A DNA stretch of 48,799 nt, taken from an uncultured Gemmatimonadota bacterium. GTDB lineage: Bacteria; Blakebacterota; Blakebacteria; Blakebacterales; Blakebacteraceae. Position 1 is the stretch's first letter. The number at the start of each line of letters is the position of its first letter. Under the pieces are notes generated by a model. The model ran no database searches. It was not told where the DNA came from and was given only the letters and a program-made list of their open reading frames with translations. The stretch spans positions 1 to 48,799 of the forward strand of contig CAZNUA010000026.1 in the NCBI GenBank assembly GCA_964576115.1, written 5' to 3'. The position numbers and the translations under genes were made by a program. Positions 26,952-35,850 of the stretch are shown one piece after another.

Positions 26952-29606
26952 TCACTCCTCCCGCAGAGTGCTCACCGGATCCAGCTGCACGGCCCGATGG
27001 GCCGGGATGAAGCAGGTGATCAGGGCCAGGCCCAGAATGCCGGCCGCTATGGCGACGAAGGTCAGCGGTCCGGCCGTGCTCACCTCCCGGGTCAGCGATG
27101 ACATGATCCGCGACAGGAACAGGGCAGCTCCGATCCCGATCACGAGACCGATCCCGGCCAGTTTCAGCCCCCGGGCCGCAATCATGCCCGAGACCCGTCC
27201 GGGACGACCGCCCAGGGCGATATGAATGCCGATATCGCGGCGGTGGCGGCTGGTGAAATTGGTCATCATACCGTAGATACCGATGATGGAGAGGATCAGG
27301 GCGATCAGCGCCGTGGTGCCGGTGAAAACCGACGTCTGGCGCATGGAGGTGAGTGAATCGCCGGTCAGGTCCTCGATGGTGGCGACACTGGTGAGCGGCA
27401 GGGCTGGATCGAGGTCGTGTATGATCCGCCGCACGGTCGGAACCAGGCCGATCGGATCGGTCGCGGTGGCCATCACGGTGGAGGCCGACCGGGAACGATG
27501 ATTGATCTGGGAGATCGGCCGGTAGACGGTACCGCGGGATGTATTCTCCAGCCCGGTGTAGTGCACGTCACGCACCACCCCGACGACCGTGGTCCAGGGG
27601 CCATCGGTGCTGTTGGCGGGGCAGAAACGGCGTCCCACGGCACTCTGGCCGGGGAAAAACCGATTCGCCCAGGCCTGGTCTACAATGGCGACCGCTGGAG
27701 CGTCGAGCCGGTCGCCGGCGTTGAACATCCGTCCCTCGAGCAGGGTGATTCCGAGGGTGGCGAAGTACCCGGGAGTGGCCAACAGCCAGGGAACCGTGGG
27801 GTGGGACTGGCCGGATGGGGTGGGGTGGTCCTCCAGATTGAAGTTGTTGGTCATGGAGAGAGTGTTCGGCGGGAGGGAGCTGCTGAAACCGGCCGCTTCA
27901 ACGTCGGGAAGCATCTGCAGGCGGTTCGCGAGGGCTTCCCGGAAGTCATCGACGTCACCCGGAGCGGGATAGCGGCTTTCGGGGAGCGATAGTCTGAAGG
28001 TCAGGATGTTTTCGGTCTCACAGCCGATATCGACCCGATTCAGCCGGCCCAGACTGACGGCCAGGAGGGTGGCGCCGATCAGGAGGGGAACGCTCAGGGC
28101 GTACTGCAGCACCACCATCGTTCCGTGCAGGCGCCGGATACCGGTATCGCTGGTGACCGCGCGCGAACCTGTCTGCAGCCCCCGCAAGCGTCCGGCTCCG
28201 GCTCCGTGCAGGGCCGGCAGCAGTCCGATCAGCAGGCAGCTCGCCAGGGTGACCACGATGAGGAAACCGACGGTGGTACCGCTAAGACCGATCTCCTGGG
28301 AGCGGGGCAGATACCCGGCGCTGACGGCGACGATCAGCCTCATGCCGGCGGCCAGAAGGAGGAATCCGGTCAGGGCGCTGCCGGCGGCCAGAATGACGCT
28401 GTCGGCCAGCAAATGCTGCATGATCCGGGCTCGGGTGGCGCCCAGAGCCGTACGTACGGCCAGTTCCCGGAGGCGATTGATGCCCCGGGCCAGGAGCAGG
28501 ATGGCGGCATTGAAGGAGGCCAGCAGCAGGATCGCACCGACGGCCCCGAAGAGGAGCCAGAGACTGCCGCGCACCTGACCCACAAGCGAGACTTTCAGAT
28601 CATTGATGTTCCAGAAGGACTGGCGTTCGGTGAACACGTCCGGGAGGACCCGCTCGGTGAGAGTGCGGAGTTCTTCCCGGGCGGCGGTGAGGTCGGTACC
28701 CGGATCGAGCCGACCCAGGACGGTCAGGAAAAAAGGTCCTCTCCGGGATGGGGGTTCCCACTGACCGGGGATGAAGAAATCATAGTTGTTATCGAGCGGA
28801 CCGACTGAAGAGGGCAGCACCCCGACCAGGGTGTATCCCCGGCCGTCGAGTTGTACGGTCTGCCCGAGGGCGGAGTCGCTCCCCTCCAGGAACCGGTTCC
28901 AGAATCGGGCACTGACGATGACCCGGGGTTCGGAGCCCGGGGTCTGGTCAGCTGACTCGAAAAGACGGCCGAACCGGGGTGTGATTCCGAGTAACTGCAG
29001 GTAATTCCAGGTCACGATCTTGCCGCTGACCTGCTCGGCGATCTCGTCCCGGTTGAAGACCATGTTCTCCCGGGTAAATCCGGCCATATCCGTCAGGCAG
29101 CTCTCCTGTTCATCCAGGGCGAGGTAATCGGCCAGCGAGAAGGGATACAGGAACGAGGGCTGTTGATTATAGATATAGTGGAGTTCCCCGGGATTCTCGT
29201 AGGGAAGCGGGCGCAGAAGCACGGCGTCGATGATGCTGAACAGGGCGGTGGTGGCGCCGATTCCCAGCCCGACCGTGAGGATGATGGTGATGGTCATGAC
29301 GGGGGAGCGGGCCAGGCTGCGCAGGCTGTGGCGCAGATCGGTTGTGAATGACGGCACGGGTTTGTCTCCCTTTTCGTGCAGGTTCCGTTGATGGTCGAGG
29401 GATGCCCGGCGCGAGAGCAGGCGGCGGCATCGTTCGAGGAACAGCCGGAAGGGGTACTGAAAGACCTGGCGATTCATCCACCGGCGGGCCGGGCGCTCGC
29501 CGTCGGTGTCCCGGAAATGCTCGTGCAGTTCCTCGAGTTCGCTCAGGACCGTGCGGGTTTCGTCGGCCGAAAGGAAAAGACGCAGGTAACGGGACCGCAC
29601 ACTCAT
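26952..29606 (-). CDS. Duplicated MacB/FtsX-type ABC permease (ADOP family)
   Basis: DLRHSLRSLARSP, LGIGATTALFS, LRPLPY, ELAVRTALGA, DIGIHIALG, DPVSTLREE. Start overlaps the PadR stop (ATGA). Confidence 0.92.
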   Translation of the reverse strand: MSVRSRYLRLFLSADETRTVLSELEELHEHFRDTDGERPARRWMNRQVFQYPFRLFLERCRRLLSRRASLDHQRNLHEKGDKPVPSFTTDLRHSLRSLARSPVMTITIILTVGLGIGATTALFSIIDAVLLRPLPYENPGELHYIYNQQPSFLYPFSLADYLALDEQESCLTDMAGFTRENMVFNRDEIAEQVSGKIVTWNYLQLLGITPRFGRLFESADQTPGSEPRVIVSARFWNRFLEGSDSALGQTVQLDGRGYTLVGVLPSSVGPLDNNYDFFIPGQWEPPSRRGPFFLTVLGRLDPGTDLTAAREELRTLTERVLPDVFTERQSFWNINDLKVSLVGQVRGSLWLLFGAVGAILLLASFNAAILLLARGINRLRELAVRTALGATRARIMQHLLADSVILAAGSALTGFLLLAAGMRLIVAVSAGYLPRSQEIGLSGTTVGFLIVVTLASCLLIGLLPALHGAGAGRLRGLQTGSRAVTSDTGIRRLHGTMVVLQYALSVPLLIGATLLAVSLGRLNRVDIGCETENILTFRLSLPESRYPAPGDVDDFREALANRLQMLPDVEAAGFSSSLPPNTLSMTNNFNLEDHPTPSGQSHPTVPWLLATPGYFATLGITLLEGRMFNAGDRLDAPAVAIVDQAWANRFFPGQSAVGRRFCPANSTDGPWTTVVGVVRDVHYTGLENTSRGTVYRPISQINHRSRSASTVMATATDPIGLVPTVRRIIHDLDPALPLTSVATIEDLTGDSLTSMRQTSVFTGTTALIALILSIIGIYGMMTNFTSRHRRDIGIHIALGGRPGRVSGMIAARGLKLAGIGLVIGIGAALFLSRIMSSLTREVSTAGPLTFVAIAAGILGLALITCFIPAHRAVQLDPVSTLREE

Positions 29607-29932
29607 GAGACGTCATCCAGCCGGGTTTCGAGGCCGTCCCACAAACCGAACAGCCGCTGGCGGGTTGCCTTGAGGAGTCTGAGGGCGGCGGGGGTGGTCT
29701 GGAAGTAGCGTCGGGTCCGGCCTGTTTCGGGGACGGCATGATCGTCGAGGCGGGAAGTCAGCAGGCCCTTCTCCTCGAGCCGGCGCAGGACGATATACAC
29801 GGCGGCCTGTGAGGGGCGCCTGCCGGTGCACTCTTCGATTTCCAGAACGATGGGCACGCTGTAGGCTTCCTCACCGAGCCGGAGGATGGCCAGGAGGACC
29901 TGATGTTCGAATTCTCCGAGGGTATCGCGCAC
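29603..29932 (-). CDS. PadR-family transcriptional regulator
   Basis: LGEFEHQVLLAILRL, AYSVPI, AVYIVLRRLEEKGLL, GRTRRYF. GTG start at 29932 with GGAG RBS. Confidence 0.92.
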   Translation of the reverse strand: MRDTLGEFEHQVLLAILRLGEEAYSVPIVLEIEECTGRRPSQAAVYIVLRRLEEKGLLTSRLDDHAVPETGRTRRYFQTTPAALRLLKATRQRLFGLWDGLETRLDDVS

Positions 29933-29944
29933 GGCATGTCTCCA

Positions 29945-30012
29945 TAACATTGTTAGTCTTGTGAGTGGTGATACGCTGTTTCGAATGGCGCGGTTGCATA
30001 AAAACAATGTTA
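29945..30012. promoter_or_regulatory. Pair of palindromic operator-like sites in the padR/SDR divergent intergenic region
   Basis: TAACA-T-TGTTA (29945-29955) and AAACA-A-TGTTA (30002-30012), AT-rich in a GC-rich genome, each next to an RBS. Confidence 0.6.
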
Positions 30013-30026
30013 GTGAGGAAAAATCA

Positions 30027-30968
30027 ATGTCCTGGAATGTCTCTGACATACCGGATCAAACCGGTCGCATCGCAGTCGTCACCGGCGCCAACGGCGGTCT
30101 GGGGCTCGAATCAGCCCGGGCTCTGGCCGGCGCCGGGGCTCATGTCGTCATGGCCGCCCGGAGTCCGGAGAAGACACAGAACGCCTTCACCGAGGTCCTC
30201 GCCTCACACCCCGGGGCCTCGCTCGAGATCGTCCAACTCGACCTGGCCTCTCTCGAATCGGTGCGGCGGGCGGCCGCCGCGATCATCGAGAACCATCCCG
30301 TCATCGACATCCTGATCAATAATGCCGGTCTGATGGCCCTGCCCGAGCGACACACGACAGACGGTTTCGAGATGCAGCTGGGGGTCAACCACCTCGGCCA
30401 CTGGGTTTTGACCGCCGATCTGTTGCCGGCCCTGCTGGCCGCCGACGCGGCCCGGATCATTACCGTCACCAGTACGGCTCATCATATCGGCCGGCCGATC
30501 GATCCCGACAATCCCCACCTCGAGGGCCGGTACGGGCCGTGGCGCGCCTACGGGCAGTCCAAACTGGCCAACTATCACTTTGCCCTGGGTCTCGAGCGCG
30601 AATTCGAGCGGCGCGGTCTGCGGGCCGCGAGTCTGGTGGCTCATCCCGGCCTCTCGCATACCGGCCTGCAGGACAAGACCGTCGAAGAGGGGGGGGGCGG
30701 TTTCATGGCCCCCTTCTGGGCGTGGATGGCCCGGCACACCGGCATGAGTTCGGCCCGGGGGGCATTGCCCCAGCTGCGGGCCGCCACCGATCCGCGCGCG
30801 AAGGGGGGGCAGATGTACGCGCCGCGGTTCGTCAACAACGGGGCGCCGGTGCGGCGGCCGATCCTGCGCCGGATCGGGATGGACCGGTCGATCGGGATCC
30901 TCTGGAACGTGTCGCAGCGTGAGACCGGCGTCAGCTTCGATTTCGGGACGGGCCGGGAGACGTCCTGA
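30027..30968 (+). CDS. Short-chain dehydrogenase/reductase (retinol dehydrogenase/WWOX-like)
   Basis: TGANGGLG, LDLASL, LINNAG, TTDGFEMQLGVNHLGH, YGQSK, AHPG. Confidence 0.94.
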   Translation: MSWNVSDIPDQTGRIAVVTGANGGLGLESARALAGAGAHVVMAARSPEKTQNAFTEVLASHPGASLEIVQLDLASLESVRRAAAAIIENHPVIDILINNAGLMALPERHTTDGFEMQLGVNHLGHWVLTADLLPALLAADAARIITVTSTAHHIGRPIDPDNPHLEGRYGPWRAYGQSKLANYHFALGLEREFERRGLRAASLVAHPGLSHTGLQDKTVEEGGGGFMAPFWAWMARHTGMSSARGALPQLRAATDPRAKGGQMYAPRFVNNGAPVRRPILRRIGMDRSIGILWNVSQRETGVSFDFGTGRETS

Positions 30969-31242
30969 CACGGTTGCCCGGTAATGTGTCCCGGATCGTC
31001 CGGAGATCCTGCGATTTGCCAGGGATACCGGGGAGGAGTACGATGAAACCGGGGTTTCCCGCATTCGAATGGGTCGGGTATATCGATCACGCAGACAATT
31101 TCCTGCATGCGCAGCCCACTGCCCGGTGTCAAACGGGTGACTTGGAGGGCAGAGAAATCCTGTCGGTAAGCCGGTTCGGCCGATGAGAGCCTGCCGATCG
31201 GTATCTGTCGCGACCGACAGCGAAAGGACAGGGACCGGAATC

Positions 31243-31692
31243 ATGGCGAAACGAACAATCCCCGCCGTCATGCGTTCGAGGGGCGGATTCACGCTCATCG
31301 AAATCATCGTCGTGGTGACCGTCATCGCGATTCTCGCCGCCCTGGTCGGACCGTCGGTCTTCAGACACCTGGGACGGGCCAAGGACGCCGCCGCCCGCAC
31401 GCAGATGGAGATGCTGGGAGCGGCCCTGGATGCCTACCGGCTGGATAACGGCCGTTACCCGACAACCGCCCAGGGTCTGGAGGCCCTGAACATCGAGCCG
31501 ACGATCGAACCCCGGCCCCGGAACTGGCAGGGACCCTACCTGCGCCGGGACGTTCCCCTCGATCCGTGGGACTATGAGTACTCCTATACCTGTCCGGCCG
31601 TCGAGAGTACCGGCGGGTACGATCTGTTGACCTACGGAGCCGACGGCGAACCGGGGGGCGAAGGGGAGGACGCAGATATCACAGCCTGGTAA
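31243..31692 (+). CDS. gspG: Type II secretion major pseudopilin GspG
   Basis: Prepilin site RGG|FTLIEII, YRLDNGRYPTTAQGLEAL, WQGPYL, DPW, C-terminal GADGEPGGEGEDADI. Confidence 0.96.
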   Translation: MAKRTIPAVMRSRGGFTLIEIIVVVTVIAILAALVGPSVFRHLGRAKDAAARTQMEMLGAALDAYRLDNGRYPTTAQGLEALNIEPTIEPRPRNWQGPYLRRDVPLDPWDYEYSYTCPAVESTGGYDLLTYGADGEPGGEGEDADITAW

Positions 31693-31709
31693 CAGGAGGA
31701 CCGGCGGCC

Positions 31710-32906
31710 ATGCCCACCTTCCTCTATCGCGCGGTTGATACCCGGGGTCGAACCACCCGGGGGCGCCTGCCGGCGGCGACCGAAGAGGTTGCGGTGCGCG
31801 ATCTCGAGGCCCGAGACCTGGTTCCCGTCGAGGTGCGCGAGATCTCGATCGCCGGTCGGGGCAGGAAGGGATCCGGAGCCAGGCAGAGGAGCGCGGTCCT
31901 GGAATTCACCCGGGGCATGGCGGCCCTGCTGCCCGCCGGCATGCCCCTGGCCCGGGCCCTGGCGGTCTCGGCGGTCGCCGCCCGGGATATCCAGCCCGCG
32001 CTGGACCGCGTGCAGGAACGCGTGGAGCGGGGCGACGAACTGGCCCGGGCGCTGGCGGGGGAAGCCGCCCTGTTCAACCCGCTCTATATCGGCATGGTGC
32101 GCGCCGGCGAAAAGGGGGGAACCCTGGCGGCCGCCTTCCAGCGCCTGGCCGATCATCTGGAGCGGGAGGGTGACCTCAGATCGCGCCTGATCTCGATGTC
32201 CATTTATCCCGTGATGCTCAGCGCCGTCGGACTGGTGTCGGTCCTGGTTCTGGTTCTCTTCGTGATACCTCGTTTCTCGGTCCTGCTCGCCTCCTCGGGG
32301 GCGCCCCTGCCGGGTTCGACGGCATTCATCCTGGGCCTGACGACCACCCTGACGACCCACTGGGAGGTCCTCCTGGCGCTGGCCGCGGTTGCGGTGATGA
32401 CAGCATTCTGGATGAGGGGATCCGAAGCCGGCCGCCGGGCGGCGGCCCGGCTGCTGGGACGGGCGCCCCTGGTCGGTACGCCCCGGCGGCAGGTCCTGGC
32501 TGCCCGTATCACGCGCATGACCGGCGAGCTGCTGCAAAGCGGGGCGCCTCTTCTCTCGGCCCTCGAGGAAACCGAACACTGCCTGCAGGATCCCCTGGCA
32601 CGCGAAGCGACCAGCCGGATCCGGGAGCAGGTGCGGGAGGGTGGTTCGCTCAACCAGGCGATCGGTGCGCACGCGCTCTTCGGCCAGGAGGTCGTGCAGC
32701 TGGTGGCCCTGGGCGAGGAATCGGGACGCCTGGCCGATTTCCTGCTCAAGGCCGCCGATCTGCTCGAACGGCGGATCGAACGCACCCTGGAACGCCTGGT
32801 CGCGATGGTCGAGCCGGCGATGATCATCGCCTTCGGCGGGATCATCGCCCTGGTCGCCCTCTCCCTGCTGCAGGCCATTTACGGCATCAATACGGGGGTG
32901 CTGTGA
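31710..32906 (+). CDS. gspF: Type II secretion inner-membrane platform protein GspF
   Basis: MPTFLYRAVD...G, AGMPL, MVRAGEKGG, IYP, GEESGRL, VEPAMII. Confidence 0.93.
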   Translation: MPTFLYRAVDTRGRTTRGRLPAATEEVAVRDLEARDLVPVEVREISIAGRGRKGSGARQRSAVLEFTRGMAALLPAGMPLARALAVSAVAARDIQPALDRVQERVERGDELARALAGEAALFNPLYIGMVRAGEKGGTLAAAFQRLADHLEREGDLRSRLISMSIYPVMLSAVGLVSVLVLVLFVIPRFSVLLASSGAPLPGSTAFILGLTTTLTTHWEVLLALAAVAVMTAFWMRGSEAGRRAAARLLGRAPLVGTPRRQVLAARITRMTGELLQSGAPLLSALEETEHCLQDPLAREATSRIREQVREGGSLNQAIGAHALFGQEVVQLVALGEESGRLADFLLKAADLLERRIERTLERLVAMVEPAMIIAFGGIIALVALSLLQAIYGINTGVL

Positions 32907-33382
32907 TATCCCCGGACGGCATCCGGCCTCTCCTGCGGTTCGAACCGCCGCGCGCGGGCGGATTCACCTTGATCGAGGTAGTCGTCGTGCTCGTGGTCAT
33001 CACGGTGCTGGCGGCGACCGTGGCGCCGGCGCTCGTCAGACCGGCGCCCGAGCTCACCGATCTGGAAGCGGGGGTGGACCGGTTCGAGATCCTCTTCCGC
33101 CAGGCGCGGGACTCGGCCGTGCGTTCGGCCCGTCCGGTGACGATCGTGCTGGATTCGGTCTCGGGGCAGCTGTGGTTCGACGAAACGGGCCAGGTTCCCG
33201 ACAGCACGCTGGGATTCACGATGCCTGACGGCGTCCGGATCGCCTACCTGCTGCCCCGCACGCTCTTCACCTTCACCCCGGCGGGATCGGCGGTCGGCGA
33301 TTCGCTGAAACTGGTCTCCAACAGCGGCGAGACCTGCCTGGTCACCGTCGATCCCTGGAACGGCAATGTGCGGGTGCGCTGA
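32903..33382 (+). CDS. gspH: Minor pseudopilin, GspH/FimT-like
   Basis: AGG|FTLIEVVVVL, ARDSAV, FTPAG; positioned after gspF with a GTGA overlap. Confidence 0.75.
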   Translation: MISPDGIRPLLRFEPPRAGGFTLIEVVVVLVVITVLAATVAPALVRPAPELTDLEAGVDRFEILFRQARDSAVRSARPVTIVLDSVSGQLWFDETGQVPDSTLGFTMPDGVRIAYLLPRTLFTFTPAGSAVGDSLKLVSNSGETCLVTVDPWNGNVRVR

Positions 33383-34133
33383 GCAGATACCGGGCCGCAA
33401 CCTCCTGTGCGGAGAGGGCGCGCGGCCGCAGGCGGGCATTCTCCTGCTCGAAGCGCTGATCGGCCTGGCCATCATTTCGATGGTGGCGATTTCCCTGCTG
33501 GCCGCCACCGGCTCACAGGTACGTTCGGCGACCAAGGCCGACGTCCTGCTGACCGCGGCGGCCCTGGCCCAGGATCGACTGGCGGCGCTCCAACTGCTCG
33601 ACGCCGAGGGTTTCACCAATCCCCCCGATTCGCTTCTCTCCGGCACGTTCAGTGCGCCGTTCGATGAATTCACCTGGACCGCAGAAGTGGAAGAAGCGGA
33701 AGGGGAATACGATCTCTACGCCGTCAGCATCACGATCGAGGGCCGGGGTGAGTGGTTTCCGCTCGAGACCCTCCTGCATCGTCCGCCGCTCACGGCACAG
33801 GTGGCGGCCGGCGGCGCGCTGGGCGGGGGCGCCTTCATAGGCGCCGGGCAGGGAATGGGCGGGCGCGGCGGCAGGGGAAGAGGCGGTCAGAGGGGCATGG
33901 GGGATCGTATGGACGTGGTCCGGGAGAGACTGGCCCGGATGATGGGGCGCGGTCAGTCGTACCGGAGCGGCGCGGGCCGGACGGGTACGACCGGGCAGCA
34001 GGGTACCGGCCGTCCGCCGCCGGGCGGGACGGGAACCGGGCGACCGCCGCCGACCGGGTCGGGTGCAGGGCAACCGCCCCCGGCCGGGTCGGGTACCGGA
34101 CAAGGGCCGCCGGAGGGGGGGGGTGGATCATGA
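33366..34133 (+). CDS. gspI: Minor pseudopilin, GspI-like, with Gly/Pro-rich tail
   Basis: QAG|ILLLEALIGLAII, AAALAQDRL, SGTF...FTW; operon position. Confidence 0.7.
   Translation: MCGCAEQIPGRNLLCGEGARPQAGILLLEALIGLAIISMVAISLLAATGSQVRSATKADVLLTAAALAQDRLAALQLLDAEGFTNPPDSLLSGTFSAPFDEFTWTAEVEEAEGEYDLYAVSITIEGRGEWFPLETLLHRPPLTAQVAAGGALGGGAFIGAGQGMGGRGGRGRGGQRGMGDRMDVVRERLARMMGRGQSYRSGAGRTGTTGQQGTGRPPPGGTGTGRPPPTGSGAGQPPPAGSGTGQGPPEGGGGS
34001..34120 (+). repeat. Four imperfect 30-nt tandem repeats encoding (G-T/A-G-R/Q-P-P-P-x-G-S/T)
   Basis: Units start at 34001, 34031, 34061 and 34091 (gggtaccggccgtccgccgcc.../gggaaccgggcgaccgccgcc.../gggtgcagggcaaccgccccc.../gggtaccggacaagggccgcc...). Confidence 0.8.
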
Positions 34134-34774
34134 TCCGGCCCGCGGAGAGACGGGTAGCCCCGGCGGTTCGAGGCAGTGCCGGCTTCACCCTGGTCGAGGT
34201 CATGGTGGCCGTCGCGGTGGGGGGGATCGTCCTGCTGGCCGGTCTCTCGGCCCTGACCACGGTGCAGGATCGTTCCGAACACGCCCTGCAGGCCACGACC
34301 CGGGCCCGGGAGGTCGCCACCGTCAGGAACACCCTGATCGACTGGCTGACAAGCGCCGAAGTCAGCCTGCAGGAGCTGGCCGCGAACTTCGAAGGCCAGA
34401 ATGCCGAAGACCTGGAGCTGGAGTGGGACGAACTCTCCTTTCCCACCCGTTCGCGCACCGGTCTCAGGACCTCGCCGACGGCTGTCCGGCTCTTCATCGA
34501 TACCGATCCCGAGACCCCGGAAAAGGGCCTGGTGGCGGAACTGGTGGGGCGCATCGGCGCCGAACCGGCCCGCTTCGAACTCGTGCCCCGGGCCGTCGGA
34601 TTGAACCTCCGCTACCTGCCGAACGTGGACGGCCCGGTAGAATGGACCGACAGCTGGGTCGGGCAACCGCAACTGCCCCGGGCGGTCGAATTCACCCTTC
34701 TGGACGATCCCGACGATCGGCTTCCGGCGCTGCTCCGGATGCCGATCCGGGTCGTCCTGGCTTTCCAGCCATGA
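34130..34774 (+). CDS. gspJ: Minor pseudopilin, GspJ-like
   Basis: SAG|FTLVEVMVAV; C-terminal LRYL...WTDSW...LPRAVEF; ATGA-coupled start. Confidence 0.8.
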   Translation: MIRPAERRVAPAVRGSAGFTLVEVMVAVAVGGIVLLAGLSALTTVQDRSEHALQATTRAREVATVRNTLIDWLTSAEVSLQELAANFEGQNAEDLELEWDELSFPTRSRTGLRTSPTAVRLFIDTDPETPEKGLVAELVGRIGAEPARFELVPRAVGLNLRYLPNVDGPVEWTDSWVGQPQLPRAVEFTLLDDPDDRLPALLRMPIRVVLAFQP

Positions 34775-35850
34775 AAACGTCCGACGGAACCCGTGAAGCC
34801 GCGACGGGCCTGATCGAGCCGCGGGGAGCCCGCGCCGGCCGGGAGGAGGGCTTCATTCTCATCGCGGTCCTCTGGCTGCTGGTGGCGCTGGGGGCCCTCG
34901 GCATCCACGCCGGTCTGAAGATGCGCAGCGAGCGCCTCGCGGTGGCCAACGTCCTCGACGATGTCCACGCCCGCCAGTGGGCGGTGGCCGGAGCCGAGTA
35001 CGCCCGCTCCCATCTCACCGCCGCCCTGTTCAATCGCGGCGACGAATTGCGGGCCGAATCGGCCCGGATCGGTACGCAGCCCGCAACTGCGGCCGAACCG
35101 GGAGCCCGGAATGTCTTCCAGAGCGTAACCTCGGCGACCGATCCCTGGCGCAATCCCCAGGAACTGGTGGTCGCCCGGAGGCGCTTCGGGTACTCCACCT
35201 TCTCGCTCCAGCTGCGCGACGCCCAGTCGCTGCTCAACCTGAACACCGCCGACGCCGAAATGCTCACCGGTTTCTTCGCCCAGGGGCTGGGTCTCGACTT
35301 CGCCCTGGCCGACCGGCTGGCTCAGACAATCTCCGACTGGCGGGACGAGGATGATATTCCGCGGGTGGGGGGCGCCGAGCGGGATGATTACCTGCACGCG
35401 GCCAGTCCCCTGCTGCCCCCCAACCGTTCCTTCACCAATCTGGAGGAACTGCAGTACGTCCTCGGCATGACGCCCGAGATCTTCGAGGCGGCCCGGCCCT
35501 ATCTGACCCTGCAGAATTCGGGCCGCATCAATGTGAATGCGGCGCCCGAAGCGGTCCTGCTGGCCCTGCCGGGCCTGACCCCGGCGGCGGTCCAGGAGAT
35601 CCTGCGTTACCGCGAGACCGGGTACTACCCCATGTCCCTGCGGGAACTGATCGGGCTCCTCCCCGGGGGGATGGGGGAATACCTGCAGGCGGTCGGCCGC
35701 CGCTTCAGTCAGCGGGCGACCTACCAGACCACGGAGGTGGAGATCGTGTCCGAGGGGGGTCTGGAAGGCAGCCCGGTGACAGCCCGGGTACGGTACGTCG
35801 TGGTGCGCTCGAACAACGGCGCGCGGGTGGCGATACAGGAGTTTCGATGA
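34771..35850 (+). CDS. gspK: Minor pseudopilin GspK
   Basis: EEG|FILIAVLW (no Glu5, as expected for GspK), LNLNTA, IsDWRDED, GAE..DY, EELQYVLGMT, RINVNAAP. Confidence 0.92.
   Translation: MKTSDGTREAATGLIEPRGARAGREEGFILIAVLWLLVALGALGIHAGLKMRSERLAVANVLDDVHARQWAVAGAEYARSHLTAALFNRGDELRAESARIGTQPATAAEPGARNVFQSVTSATDPWRNPQELVVARRRFGYSTFSLQLRDAQSLLNLNTADAEMLTGFFAQGLGLDFALADRLAQTISDWRDEDDIPRVGGAERDDYLHAASPLLPPNRSFTNLEELQYVLGMTPEIFEAARPYLTLQNSGRINVNAAPEAVLLALPGLTPAAVQEILRYRETGYYPMSLRELIGLLPGGMGEYLQAVGRRFSQRATYQTTEVEIVSEGGLEGSPVTARVRYVVVRSNNGARVAIQEFR

Noticed and set aside
34001-34120. CRISPR-like periodic repeat
   Set aside because: Degenerate in-frame coding repeats with no spacers and no cas genes in the window.
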